This document shows positions 38,261 to 50,960 of a stretch of 64,000 nucleotides of DNA, piece by piece; within the stretch, counting starts at the first letter, position 1, and every line of letters starts with the position of its first letter. The DNA comes from the human T2T-CHM13v2.0 reference genome, Homo sapiens, in assembly GCF_009914755.1 (NCBI RefSeq), contig NC_060927.1. The stretch is one strand, 5' to 3'. The notes under the pieces were generated by a model. It was not told the origin of the DNA, did no database searches, and saw only the letters and a list, made by a program, of their open reading frames with translations. A program made the position numbers and the translations under genes.

Positions 38261-38676
38261 AGTACACCCTAGCAGTGTATATTTTAACAAACCCTCCCAG
38301 TGATTCTGATGAGAGCTGAAGTTGAGAACCACTGGATTAAGAGAGTAGCTGATTGACTGACCACAGTGTTGGTCCTTAACCTATTGTACAAATGACCAAA
38401 AGTAATTGAGGATTTGTGTGGGAGCTGGCAGAAAATAATTCTCTTGAGTAGTGTGGTGTGAAGATGGAAGTTCCACAGCTGTTTTGGTACCACAAGGGGA
38501 GTGTCTGGAGCTGGCAGGTGAGAGGCAAGATCCTGAGGACTAAGCCAACACCACAATAAGCAAGACAAAAAGGCAGGCAGAACTCAAGGCCTGGTGGATT
38601 CCTTGAAGCTGCTGGATCAAGCTCACCTGACTCAGGACTTGTCAGATACACATGTCCCAATAAATTCACTCTAGAG

Positions 38677-38891
38677 AGGTGTTTTTCCACTTCAGCATTG
38701 TTGATATTTGGGGTCAGATAATTTTTTCTTGTAGAGGGTTGTCCTGTGTCTTGTAGGCTTCAACCGCATCCTGGGCCTCTACTTTCTAGATATCAATCAG
38801 CCCAGCCCCTTAGTTGTGGCAACCAAAAGGGGTCTTCGATATTGCCAAATGTCCCCTGGGAGCAAAAATCACTCATAGTCAACAAACACGG
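38677..38891. mobile_element. MER20 DNA transposon with perfect 8-bp TSD
   Basis: TTGATATTTGGGGTCAGATAATT...ATTGCCAAATGTCCCCTGGG; TSD CTCTAGAG at 38669-38676 and 38892-38899. Confidence 0.9.
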
Positions 38892-39351
38892 CTCTAGAGT
38901 TTCAACTGGTTTGACCTGTGCTTTTGGACCCGGCATTATAAATATTTAATGGATCCTGTACGTGTTCAAGCATTGGTATATATTACTAAGATTAACAGAT
39001 TCAAAAAGTTTCTCTTAGCAGAAAATGTCCATAATCAAGGAGATTATCCTTGAGATACTGCTCCTTAAGTGAATAGACTCTGGATTCTTGCTTTGCAGAA
39101 TATCACAACATAAATGTCATCTCAAAACCCACATTCCGTATTATCCCCAGAACTTCTTGGCATGGTTTCTAATGGACTTGTGCTCAAAGTTTCTATTCTC
39201 AATGCATGTTTAACTTTGATGTGTGTCTTTCTCTCTGTTCTGTGTAACCCACATGACACTCTGTTCTCATTTTCTGATTTCCATGAAATCACTTTTGAGG
39301 GGGGAGCAGGCATGGAGAGCAACCCTACAAAGGGCAGTCAAGAAAGGAAAG

Positions 39352-39385
39352 ACATTTGATCTTAGCCAAAAGGCTGAGAATTGAG
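39352..39385 (-). pseudogene. RNU2: U2 snRNA 5'-end fragment (3'-truncated retrocopy)
   Basis: Reverse complement TTCTCAGCCTTTTGGCTAAGATCAAATGT versus U2 TTCTCGGCCTTTTGGCTAAGATCAAGTGT (27/29). Confidence 0.85.
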
Positions 39386-39604
39386 TAATAAAGGATAGAA
39401 ACAAGGTATGTGTGCTTACCATGTATTCTATCATTGTTGGGTATGAATCTTTGTTATCTGATTTGGTCCAGGTGAGACTATCACATTGACTAATATCCCC
39501 TGGGCTTCACAAACTGGAAGGGAGAGTAGAATGTAGACTGGTCAGATTGGATAATTACCAGGTTTAGTTAGGTATGCTCTAGTTTTGCTCACTTAAAAAG
39601 ATCC

Positions 39605-39947
39605 TCTCTTTCTTTCTTTCCTTCTTTCTTTCTTCTTTTTCTTTCTCTTTTTTTTTTTTCAGAGACAGGGTCTCACTCTGCTACTCAGACTGGAGTGCAG
39701 CAGCATGAACACAACTCACTACAGCCTCGACCTCTCAGGCCCAAGCAATCCTCCCATCTCAGCCCCCCAGTAGCTGGGACTACAGGCACTTGGCCACTAT
39801 GCTTGGCTAATTTTTTTTTCTTTTTTTGGTAGAGACAAGTTTTTGCCATATTGCCGAGTCTGGTCTCAAACTCCTGAATTCAGGCAATCCACCCACCTTG
39901 GCCTCCCAAAGTGTTAGGATTACAGGCGTGAGCCCCTGTGCCTGGAC
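39605..39947 (-). mobile_element. AluJ SINE with (CTTT)n tail
   Basis: AGAGACAGGGTCTCACTCTG...AGCCTCGACCTC...GGCCTCCCAAAGTG. Confidence 0.92.
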
Positions 39948-40529
39948 CATTTCATTTGCTTACATCCATAGACTTGTAAGCTCCTCTAGGTTTGTTGAGT
40001 ACTTTTTTAATATTTCTGGTTAGGTCTCTTTTCCACATTCTTAACACTAAGTGCATTGTGTGTTTGCTTAAGTTAATTTGTGTAGAGCTTGACTTTAAAA
40101 ATGTACTCCAATGGACAACATAGATACATGCAGATATGAAGCATATATTTACTAAGGGTACAGAGTAATAGGCACTAGAGGTGGGAAGTGATGCTGTAGG
40201 TTTACAAGCAGATAAATAATTGTCTCTCAGGGCTTAAAAAATCTTATAATGTGTGGTAATTTAGGCCTCAGGCATAAGTCTTTAGCTCAATTTCTTGACC
40301 CTCACCACCATCCTCCAGCAAATTAAAAACAAACAAAAGAACCTCTCCTATTGTATTATGAAGGCAGTTCATCTCTCTCTTGATCACCTCTAAACTCACT
40401 TTGAGGTCTCTTTGCACATTCAGATATTCATCACTGTCCTCAGCCAACAGAGAACCTTCTTCTCCAGGTCTTACCCTTTGTCTCATCTCTACCAGGGAGC
40501 AAAGTAATATAATTCCACAAAATACAGCA

Positions 40530-40830
40530 TCCTGTGACCCCTTCAAGGAAGGACATGCTGCTCAGCCCTATGAGAACAGGGTCAGCAGACAGCATCTAGG
40601 TGTCAGCTCCTTCAAGGTTGCCATCAGCTGCAGAGCCTCCCTGCCCAAAGTCATGCCTTTCCTGAAGAAGCCTGTATCCATTGGATTGTATTGAGCTAAG
40701 TGGAGACATAAAAGGACAACTAGTTTGGTTTAATAAAACACTTTGAAAGTCTAAACTTGCTCTAAAGATTTCCCGTCAGGTTGGCCAAGGCTGTGTAGGG
40801 TCTGCACCTCAAATCTTACTCAGCATCTCC
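40530..40830 (+). mobile_element. ERVL LTR, LTR16-like
   Basis: CAGACAGC...GTCAGCTCCTTCAAGG...CAGCTGCAGAG...GCCCAAAGTCATGCC; homologous to 52398-52777. Confidence 0.6.
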
Positions 40831-41874
40831 TTTTGGGGCACATAATCTATAATAGAGACTTATGTTCCCATAACATAAAAGAATCCATGCTTATTCTTTA
40901 CATTTTTGAGTGCCTACTCTATGCCAGACAGACACTGTACTAGGTAGTGGGATTACAACAGTAAAGTGATACACCTGTGGTTTTGGTCCTGTGGAGCTTA
41001 CAGTCTTTTGGAGGAAACTGACAAATCATACCCAAACAAATGAAAATGGATGGGTGAATCAACTGGAAGCCCTCTAGTTTATGTTGTGGACTAGTTGGTA
41101 TTTTGTATACCTTCAGTAAAATGACCCAAGCAATTTTACTCTGCATCTTTTGACAGAATTTTCTTATAGAATATTGGACAGCCAGTTGTCAGTGGGATTT
41201 CTTTCAGTTCAGTGAATTTTGTCTTTTGCCTCCTCATTCTTTATTAAGAAAATCATTCAGACTGCAGCTTCCTGGTTTTAGACATCCCCACTGGCAATTG
41301 GGACATCTATTTTGGAGATGTAATTGAAAAGACTGAAGAATGTACTGAGGACCTTCTGGCTGATAGAAGCTGACAAAGAAGCCAAGATTGGTGAAGATTT
41401 CTGCAATACCTGAGTTTCTAATCACAACAACAAAAATGGTATTTATTTCCTATTGACCCAAACAGTGGCAACGTTTTAGTCAAGGTGATTTAGAGGAGGT
41501 TAGAAAGAGAGGTGGATGCTTGGGCCATATTAAAGGCAGAAAATGGGTTATTCTCCCATTATCTTTTACTCAGCAATTTTTTTATCTCCCCAAAACACTT
41601 TGAGTTGAACTTTTTGTCCCCTGGGAATTGGACAGGCTCTAGAAATAACATATATAGATTGGTTGTATATTTTCTCATTAACCATTATCTTTCTAAGCTC
41701 CCTAGTGGCAAATTAGCTAGGTCTAAGAAGTTATTATGGCATCCAAGCCATTGTGTTTGTTTTGGGATTATGATGTAACCCAGAAATATTAACTCCCTCA
41801 TGTTGGTGCCTAGAGTCTTGGCAAAGTCCCCCTTAGTTAGCTAGCCAGTGTTTGAAATAAATCCATAAATAATA

Positions 41875-42060
41875 ATAATAGTTAACAATTACTGAGTGTT
41901 CACTATGTGCTAAGCAGTGTGCCAAATGTTTGATACACATTTTCCCACTTAAGCTATGCAAGTATTCTATAAGGTAGATGTTATCATCATTTCCCTTTTA
42001 CCAACATGGAAAATGAGGTTTGGGTGGGTTAAATAATTTGCCTTAGAGACATAGCTCTGT
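41875..42060 (-). mobile_element. MIR SINE
   Basis: TTACTGAGTGTTCACTATGTGC...GGAAAATGAGG...GGTTAAATAATTTGCC. Confidence 0.7.
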
Positions 42061-43621
42061 AACACCATTACCTTCATCATAAATTAAGATTCCATTCATT
42101 TGGAAGCCACTAAAAGTTTATAATATAACTGCTGCATCTTCAGCAACTCACAACATCTTGTTTATACATTACTTCTGACACTGTTCTAATAAGCCTCTGT
42201 GCCGAGAATTAAAAATGTTCCAGTCCATTTTAATTCAATCCACTAGAAGATTCACATGGCCCATGAAATGTTTTAGTTTCTGGGGAGGGAAAAGAAGACA
42301 AAAATAAAAAGAAGCACTTTTTGCCCTCAATGAAGTCACAGTCTATTAGGCGATGCTAGTCCTTATTTTCTTTGCATGTATGACTCTATTCTTCATTTCC
42401 TCACTACAGTTTATGGAAGTTGGACCAGGAAAGTAATGGAAAGCAAGTCTTACCCAAAGAATTATTGACATAACTATTTAGAACTCAGTTTCTTTGCTAT
42501 TTGGCAAAATACCAAGCAAGTTTTCCTGACCAGCATAGGGATAGAACCTATGGCCTCTATCTCATTAGTACTGTTTGTTAGTATTAAGTAGGCGAAGCCA
42601 GTCTGGTACCTAATTAAAGTATAATGATCTCCATTTATCTGAGGTATGGCTCCAGTCACCAGCTGATAACCCTGTCTTTTGGGGGATACTGTTGTCTTCA
42701 TATCTACAGAAATAGGCCCTAGAAGTCATGTTTGAACTGCATAGCCCTATGGGCCATGGCTGGTTAGTCAATAGGTTAAGACTACCCAAGCCAAGCCAAC
42801 CAGATTGTTTCCCCTGGGATTCTCAGATGTTTTACCTCTGTTCTTGCAAGTGGTTAAACCAGTAATACCTAAACTTGAGGGCAATGGGATAGCCTTTAAT
42901 GTGTATGTGTCAAGGAGCAAAGAAAGCCTGTCTGTATCTGGAAAGACAAATACTGATGTGCAAAGGGAAACAGCCATAAGAAATGAAGAGAAAGTCATGA
43001 AAATGTTTGGATTTCTGGCTCTAGTCTGTTTTCATAAATTCTGGTTACAAGTCATTCCCCAAGTCATTCCTTTATTCTTATAAAAAATTCCCATTCTTGC
43101 CATAAGCTAGCCTGAGTTGATTTTTGTTACTTGTCATCACTGACACTTAAGTGATACATAAACTGAACAATCTTTACCAGAGTTGTCATGTACAGTTGTA
43201 CACTGCATAACACTGGGGAGTGCCAGTCACATCACTGATTGCATTATATAACCACATGCAGTCCTGACTTGTATGGTCATTGAGTTTTTGAGCAGTATAT
43301 TTCCTGAGTGCTTAATTCATCAAATATTGATTGAGTACCTATTCTACTTAATAAATTCTATTCTAGAGATTGTACTAGTTATAGGATGCAAAGATTAAAA
43401 ATAAAAACAGGCCCTACTCTCCACATGGTCACAGTCTAGGAAAGCAGACCAACAAAAAAACAATCACAACATAATGTGATATAGACGACAAAGAAGCATT
43501 TCAGAGGGGAACATAAATACAATAACTTCCTCAGGAAGTATCAGGGGAGGCTTCACAGAGAAGCAATGCCTAAGCAAATTCCAGGTAGTAGGAACAGCAT
43601 GTATAAATGTATGAGTAAATG

Positions 43622-43884
<263 letters not shown>

Positions 43885-44061
43885 TTAGTATAAGTGGAAT
43901 AGCATAGTATGTTTCCAGAAATGTGGATGGTTTGCAGTTGCAGAAGGTGGAAAGAGAGTAATAAATAAAAGAGCAGGGGCAAAATCACAAGAAGCTTTGC
44001 ATACCAGGCTAAAGAGCTTGTACATTATGCAGTAAACTAAAGCGTTTCACATTGTGATAAC

Positions 44062-45165
44062 TGAGTAATAAAAACAAAATCCTAAGCTCCACATCTGACT
44101 GAACAAGCCCCCTTTTGGTCAAGGGGACCTTAAAAATTGAGTTCCCAGTAATGACTGGATAGGAGGTAGGGCACTCCTTAACATGCCCCTTGTATTAGTC
44201 TGTTTTCACACTGCTGATAAAGACATACCCAAAACTGGGAAGAAAAAGAGGTTTAATGGACTTACTTACAGCTCCACATGGCTGGGAAGGCCTCACAATC
44301 ATGGCGGAAGGCAAGGAGGAGCAAGTCATGCGTTACAAGGAAGGTGGCAGGCAAAGAGAGAAGAGGACTTGTGCAGGGAAACTCCTATTTTTAAAACCAT
44401 CAGATTGCTTGAGGCTTATTCACTACTGTGAGAACAGCAGGGGAAAGACCTGCCCCCATGATTCAATCCCTCCCACAATACATGGGAATTATGGGAGCTA
44501 CAAGATAAAATTTGGGTGGGGATACAGAACCAAACCACATCACTCCTCCTTATTAACCTTTAACCAGAATTCTTTCCTAAGGGGTACACAGAAACCAGCT
44601 CTAGAAAACAAGAAACAGATGACTTATTCCTTTGTCACCTTTAGCCAATCATCTGAGGCTGTGACCAGATTCTCCCTCCCTCTTTACAGTTTCCAGGTGA
44701 CAGCTCATCACTTCACAATGCATCCCTTCCTAAAGACTGACCTCCATCTCTGGGCCAGTTTTGGCCAACTCTTGAAGGATGTGCAGTGACGGTTTTCATG
44801 TCCTCTGCTTCACCTTTTGATGTCAGAGGGTCAAGAACTCCACCCTCGGATCATGCTAATGTTGTCGTTTTTGAACACACCACCCATGAAGAGGCATGAA
44901 GCTCAATTGCACATATGCATGCTTCTCCTTTCATAAATATTCATGACTCCTATAGCTTATTAAATATGTATACCTGGCCACCCCATTCGGCATAAATTCC
45001 TATTTCATTTTTCCCTTCCTAGAAATGCTTGCTCTTGGCTTTTGCTCAAGAGTTCAAGAGTACACTTCCCAGCCTGTGGGATGACCAGCCTGCATGCTGC
45101 AACCCTTTAGGATAAATAAAGCTCTCCTTTCCAAATTTATGAATCTGGCAATTCTTCAGTCAACA
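44062..45165 (+). mobile_element. ERV1 solo LTR, MER4-group, interrupted by THE1
   Basis: TG...AAAATCCTAAGC...CCCCCTTTTGGTCAAGGGGACC start; AATAAAGCTCTCCTTTCCAAA...CAACA end; probable TSD TAAC/TAAT. Confidence 0.75.
44191..44542 (-). mobile_element. THE1B-like MaLR solo LTR
   Basis: TGTATTAGTCTGTTTTCACACTGCTGATAAAGACATACCC...CCAAACCACATCA; TSD CCCCT/CTCCT. Confidence 0.92.
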
Positions 45166-46826
45166 TAATATATGAAGCATCTTGGGAACTTGCTAACATA
45201 CTGATTCTGATTCAGTATGTCCAGGATAGAACTAGCATTTTGCATTTCTAACAAGCTCTGTAATAGTGGCAATGCTACTGGTACATAGATCACCACACTT
45301 TGAGTAACAAGCCTTTAAGCAATGGGGCATTGTAGGCTATTAAGCAGGGAATAAAATGGCACTGCAGAATGATCTCCCAATATAGTGGGATGGTCATATT
45401 AGGCATAGGATGTGAGGAAGCATTAAGGCAGAAGACCAGTTAGGAAACTATTTCAAGATCCACATGAGAACTGAGGAAGGCAGGAATTAGACTCACTATA
45501 TGTGAACTTGAGTGTGTAGTGCTAGGGAACAGTAAGGAGTATTCTTCCTTTCCTGCTTCTGTCTGGATTTGTGCTGCAGAATAATGGAGAACTTTAAAAT
45601 TGTCTTCTTTAATAGCGCAATATGTTTGCTGAGTGTCTACTTTTATATCTACTGCATTCTTAAAGCCCATTTAAAATTATTTTCATTTTGACCTGCAAAA
45701 TCTACTCTTGATCAAATAATTTGCAATCAAGTGGTAGTTTCAAGTGGGCTGAATTCAGTGCTAAGACAGGTTTATGATGAAAGAAAGTATTCACAGGGAT
45801 ATGGAGCATTGTCATTTTAACTGCGGACAAATTGTAGCTCCAAACTGTGCTCAGAGAAAAACTGTGCTCTGTATAGCACACCAGAGATGAGGAGGCACCT
45901 TGGTTTGCATAAGAATTGTCTGGAATAATTATTAAAAATGCAGACATTTTACCTATCCCTCACCTTACCTCATCCTTACTGGGCTTACTTGGGGCTAAGA
46001 CAATTGCATTTTTAACCAGCACCTCCAAGAGATTGTGACACATTTGAAATATCCATGAGAATTGAGAAATACCAGTCTAGCTCATTTTGGCAAAAATGAA
46101 TTGCCTTCTTATAATGTAAGTAATTGCCTGTTACTAATCAATAGCACCAAACACACAGACAAGGTAAGATGGTCCCTGCCTTCTAAGAGGTTATAGTCTC
46201 AATGATTTAAGTGATCAGGGTGTTTTATAGATCTCTACTAAAGATCCTTACTTCCACACCATACTTGTAAAGACTTCTGTATCTGGCAAGGTCCACACCG
46301 GGTAACCGTTGTTAATAACCGGAAAGCAATCTCAAAGAGTTTCAAACAGGTCATGAAAACTCTATTTTCCAGACCTGGATAGAAAACCTTGGAGATAGTA
46401 ATTGATGGGCATCACGTAGCTGGTTGCTGGAGAAACACTGAAGCAGAACTTGTAATATCTTCAAAACAAGTGAAGGCCAGGAATCAGAAATGCTTCTGAA
46501 GGTCAGCTGCCTCTCCAGCCATCTATGAAGAGCTATGGTTCTGAATCCTGGCTAATATCAGAATCATCCTGGGAGCTTTTGAAAATCCTGATGCTCAAGT
46601 CACACTCCATACTCAGGTAGAAGCAATCATCAGTACTTTGTAAATCTCCCCGTGTGCATCCAAGGGTGGGAATCCGTGGATGTAGAGCTTCTGCTACATG
46701 TGGATTTACTGTGATGCTAATGAAGCTTCAGCCTCAGGGATCTTCATATTGCATGGGTTATGTACAAGGACCAATATTTAAATTTGTAGCCGGAATTGTG
46801 ATTTATTTTTCTCAAGCCAGGCCCCT

Positions 46827-47656
46827 TGTGTCAGTTTGGGTTTTCTGAGAAGTAGACACCAAGATGAAATTAGGTATATAACATATTCATTGAAGGGAGG
46901 ATGAAGGAGAGAGACAGCAGGAGTAGGTGGGGGAGAGCATTTAGATTGTGGTACCAGTCTGGCTTCTGTGAAAGGAGAGAAAGAAGGAATGGGAGTCAGT
47001 GTTGGGTAGGAAGAGCCTCAGACTCCAGAGAAGTTTTTAGAAGGTCTTGGCCTGGCCAAAGGGGAGTCCACGAACAACAGTAGTCACCACAGGAGTGCTG
47101 TATCAAGGACAAATGATAAGCAATATGTTATGTCTCACACCTGTAATCCCAGCATTTTGGGAGGCCAAGGCAGGAGGATTGCTTGAGCTCAGGAGTTCAA
47201 GACCAGCCTGGACAATATGGTAAAACTTTGTTTCTACAAAAAATTCTAAAAAATTAGCCAGGCATGATGGGCATGCACCTGTGGTCCCAGCTACTCTGGA
47301 GGCTGAGGTGGGAGGAGAGCTTGAGCCCAGGGAGGTCGAGGCCACAGTGAGCTAAGATCATGCTACTGAACTCCAGTCGGGTTGACAGAGTGATACCCTT
47401 TCTCAAAAAAAATAAAAAATAAAAAAAAAAGAAGAAGAAAAGAAAGAAAAGCAAATGATTGAGCTTTGAAACCTTTCCTCTGCTCAGTCAGTGGCTGAAA
47501 TAACCAGAGGAAGCATCACTGCTCAGTGGATGTCACTGGGGATGCGGGTGGGTAGGGTGCGAAGGTGCTGCAGCTGGAGGCTATTAATACACCCTGGATC
47601 CCATGCCAGTTTCTCTCAAGAAGAGATCTGAGTGACACACCTCCATGGTCACCACA
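46827..47656 (-). mobile_element. ERVL LTR (LTR16/LTR33 group) interrupted by AluJ
   Basis: TGTGTCAGTTTGGGTTTTCTGAGAAG...GAAGAGCCTCAGAC...CATGGTCACCACA; TSD CCCCT/CCCCC. Confidence 0.65.
47118..47450 (+). mobile_element. AluJ SINE
   Basis: GGAGGATTGCTTGAGCTCAGGAG (J-type); A-rich tail; TSD core CAAATGAT at 47110-47117 and 47452-47459. Confidence 0.92.
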
Positions 47657-47984
47657 CCCCCCATTTATATATTAAGTTCATACCTCAAACCTGGATCCAT
47701 CCCTCCTCTGAATTCATAACTGAGTTGGGGAGAGAGGGAATTAATCTGACAGCCACCAGGGTTAACTTTGAGAATTTTCAGTAACAATTCATGGGACACA
47801 TGACACATGCACAGCGTTCTCTTTCCTTTTAAAATTCACTGAGAAAGCTTGGCTGTGATGCAAAAGTGTTTTCTCTCAAGTGAATAAACACTGAGTGAAT
47901 AAACACCACCAAGGCTGTCATCAATCTGCCAGCCTGTTGTCTTTAGGGACCTACCATTTAGGAAAACAGGTGAAATTTGGGCTT

Positions 47985-48670
47985 CTTCATTTTGTTAGTT
48001 ATACAACGATTTTCCTTAAGTGCTTTTCTATGTGCCAAGCACTATGCAATGCCCAGTTTTCAGGATACAAGACCTGGTTCTTGTTCTCATGGAGCCTGAA
48101 TTTTAATGAGGTGTGATAGATCAAAAGCCAGTGAATGTATAAATAAATACAATCATTACAACTTGTTACAAATATTTAAGAAGGACACAAAGTACTATGA
48201 TAGAGAGTAACGGGATTGGGAACTATTTTAGGTACGGTTGTCAGGGAAAGCCTCATTAAAGTGGGGGGTACTTAAATAGCTGAATTTTGGGGATTGAGGG
48301 AGGATAGGGAGGAGAAAAAGGAGTATCCCAGGTGGAGGGAAGTCCTCAGTTTTTTCTAACTTTTTTCTAGGCATCTTCAGTTTTTTCTAAGTACCTGGTG
48401 TGCTGGAGCACACGGAGTGAGAGGAATCCAAGCATAGAATAATTTTGGAGAGGTGGAAAGGTCATGGAGATCCTGTGGGCCATGGCAAGGAGCCTGAATT
48501 CTATTTTAAACGAAAGGAAAAGGCATGGCAGGATCATAAGCAATATGGTGACGCTGGTGAGGGTGGAGGTGACATAAGCTAACCTATGCTTTAATGGTAT
48601 CACTTTGGCTACTGTGTACGGAATGGATTGGGGGAAAAGAAGAGGAGAAGTGGAGAGACCAGTTAGCAGG
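47985..48670 (-). mobile_element. L2 LINE fragment
   Basis: CTATGTGCCAAGCAC...CTCATGGAGC...GTCAGGGAAAGCCTC...ATCACTTTGGCTACTG...GGAGAGACCAGTTAG. Confidence 0.75.
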
Positions 48671-49208
48671 CTCAATCCTGAGATCTGGTGTTGGGTAGAT
48701 GGCCCAGACAGAAGGAGAGGACATGAAATATTTCTAATAACATTTTTCAGTAGAGTTCAGTGGCTTCAAGAGCAACAGCTAGGGTTGCTCTAGGGTTACA
48801 ATCTAATAAGGCATCTTTTTCAGAGTGTATTTGAGGGCAGCTTTAATAAACAATACTTATGAGTTCATATTACAGATTTGAAATGCCTCCCATTGTTTTA
48901 TTTTTGTTAATTTTTAAAATTTCAATTATTTAAATATCACTTAACATTTCAATATTTGTAACTGCTGGTTAAATTTTCTTAACTCTATGCCTCAAACACA
49001 CTACAACCACTGTGATTTACTGAGCTGATACTATATGCCAGGTACTATGTTATATGTTTGATAGGCATTCAGCTATTTAAATACCCCCCGCTTTAATGAG
49101 GCTTTCCCTGACAACCCCACCTAAAATAGTTCCCAATCCCATTACTCTCTCTCACAGTACTTTGTGTCCTTCTTAAATATTTGTAACAAGTTGTAATGAT
49201 GGTATTTA
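48144..49208. repeat. 142-bp inverted repeat (arms 48144-48285 and 49067-49208; 781-bp spacer)
   Basis: Manual alignment: 134/142 identical, no gaps. Confidence 0.95.
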
Positions 49209-50629
49209 CAAATACTACACTTCTACACATACCAATAGAGTAACTAATAGAGAGAGAGAGAGATCCTTTTTGGGTAAGAAAAATTAGCCTTAAACAATTC
49301 AGAACATGCTCAAGATCCTTCCACTTATATGATACAAATCTAGGATTCAAACCCATGTTTACTTGATTTCAAAGCTCGTTTGTTTTGAAACGCTAAGATA
49401 TGTTGCCCAAAGATCATTTTTCACCTTTGTTTTTTCTTGAACTATAGAAAAGAGAGTTTTCATGTCAACATGTACAAAATATAACTTTTAAAAGCATTCC
49501 TCTGCCCAAATCTGATTCTGTATGCATTGGGAAAAGCCATACTTCCGGTATAAATGCCTGCCTCCATAAAACAGAATTCACCATCCACAGGTATTTGTTG
49601 CTGATCTTACCACAGATGGGCTGCCTCCTGAAAATGAACCACAGACTTCTTTTTTATGACAAGAAAATGTATCTCAATATCCCTTGAGATCTCTCTTAAT
49701 ATCCCATTGGTAAAATGTGACCTGCTTGGAGTTTACAATAAACTCATCCCAGAGATGTATTCCATGGTTCATTTAAAACACACTCCCTCTTATTCCCTAA
49801 GTAAAGTCATCTCTCTAAACACACCTTATATTTGTATAGTGCTTCACAGCTTACAAAGCACTTTTGCTACATGTAATTTGATTCTGAGGGTCAAGTAAGG
49901 CAGGTGCTATCATCCTCTTTTTAACAGACAAGAAGCTGAGTCTCAGAGAGAGAAAATGACTCATCCAAGCAAGGTTTGAGACCTAAGAAAGGTAGGTCAT
50001 GGCATTAGGATTTCAACACTTTTACAAATACTAATAGTAAAGAAGATGAAAATGGCTCTAAGCCACTTTTTTAAAGAGTAAGTTAGCCTTACATATAGAT
50101 TCACCCCCATATCAGGATGAACTTTGGCCCTCCTGGGGAATGGGCTGGCTGGTAACATGTCCACAGGTATTTGCAAGGATGGTACAAATAACATAAATGT
50201 GGGTTCTTCTATATTTAGCTGCTTCTGGCAATATTACTGTATTGATTTCCTGTCTTTGTTTTCATTCACTGCTGCTTTCATTCACAGCTGGCCTCTATCA
50301 GGGGTTCTCTTCCTTCTATGCATTAATTTCTATTCCATTCAGAATCAACCTGAATCAAATATAACTATAGGAGGTGCCTTTTGGACAATACAGAGGCCAT
50401 GCTCAAGGAACACAAAAGGAACTGAAGTTGTGTGGATTACAAGAGAGTTCGATGTGTTCTAAATTCATTATGTAGGTAATGAATGGGATCTCGTGAAAAG
50501 TGGAACTAAGCCTCTTTGGTAAAGCCTGAAGAGTGGAGTCAAAAGCAATGAGTAGAAATCATTTTACCCATGCCATCCACCTACCTATCTACCCATACAG
50601 ACACCCAACAAATTGTAAAAGAAAAGTAG

Positions 50630-50960
50630 GCAATCAGGATAATCAGTAGTTTAATATGATTTGGGGGTTCATTAAAGGCTTTCCTTTAGAAATCACATTT
50701 AAACTGAGACCTGAAGGATGGCTTCTGTCGTTAGCCAGATGAAAAGAGAAGATAAGCATTCCAAGCAGAGGGAACAGGAAAGGTGGAAACAAACTGGGCA
50801 TATTCCAGGACGTGGAAGGAAGCAGTAGGTAGCTTAAGTAGCATGAAGAACACTTACAGAAGAGTTTAGAATGAAGCAGGAGCCAGACCATGGAGGTAGG
50901 ACATGCTAGAGCAAATCAATTTTAGCTGAGTGTGAATAATACAGTTCTATCATACGGATC
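50630..50960 (-). mobile_element. L2 LINE fragment
   Basis: ACATTTAAACTGAGACCTGAAGGATG...CATTCCAAGCAGAGGGAACAG. Confidence 0.75.

Larger units (their letters stand above)
46696..47705. mobile_element. Arthur1/MER69-like hAT-Tip100 element split by an LTR
   Basis: GGATTTACTGTGATGCTAATGAAGCTTCAGC left end; AAACCTGGATCCATCCCT right end. Confidence 0.55.

Noticed and set aside
44256-44789. 177-aa ORF
   Set aside because: Lies in THE1 and MER4-group LTR sequence; typical spurious LTR translation.
48769-48791. 8-bp hairpin AGAGCAAC-N7-GTTGCTCT
   Set aside because: Expected by chance in 64 kb; no supporting context.
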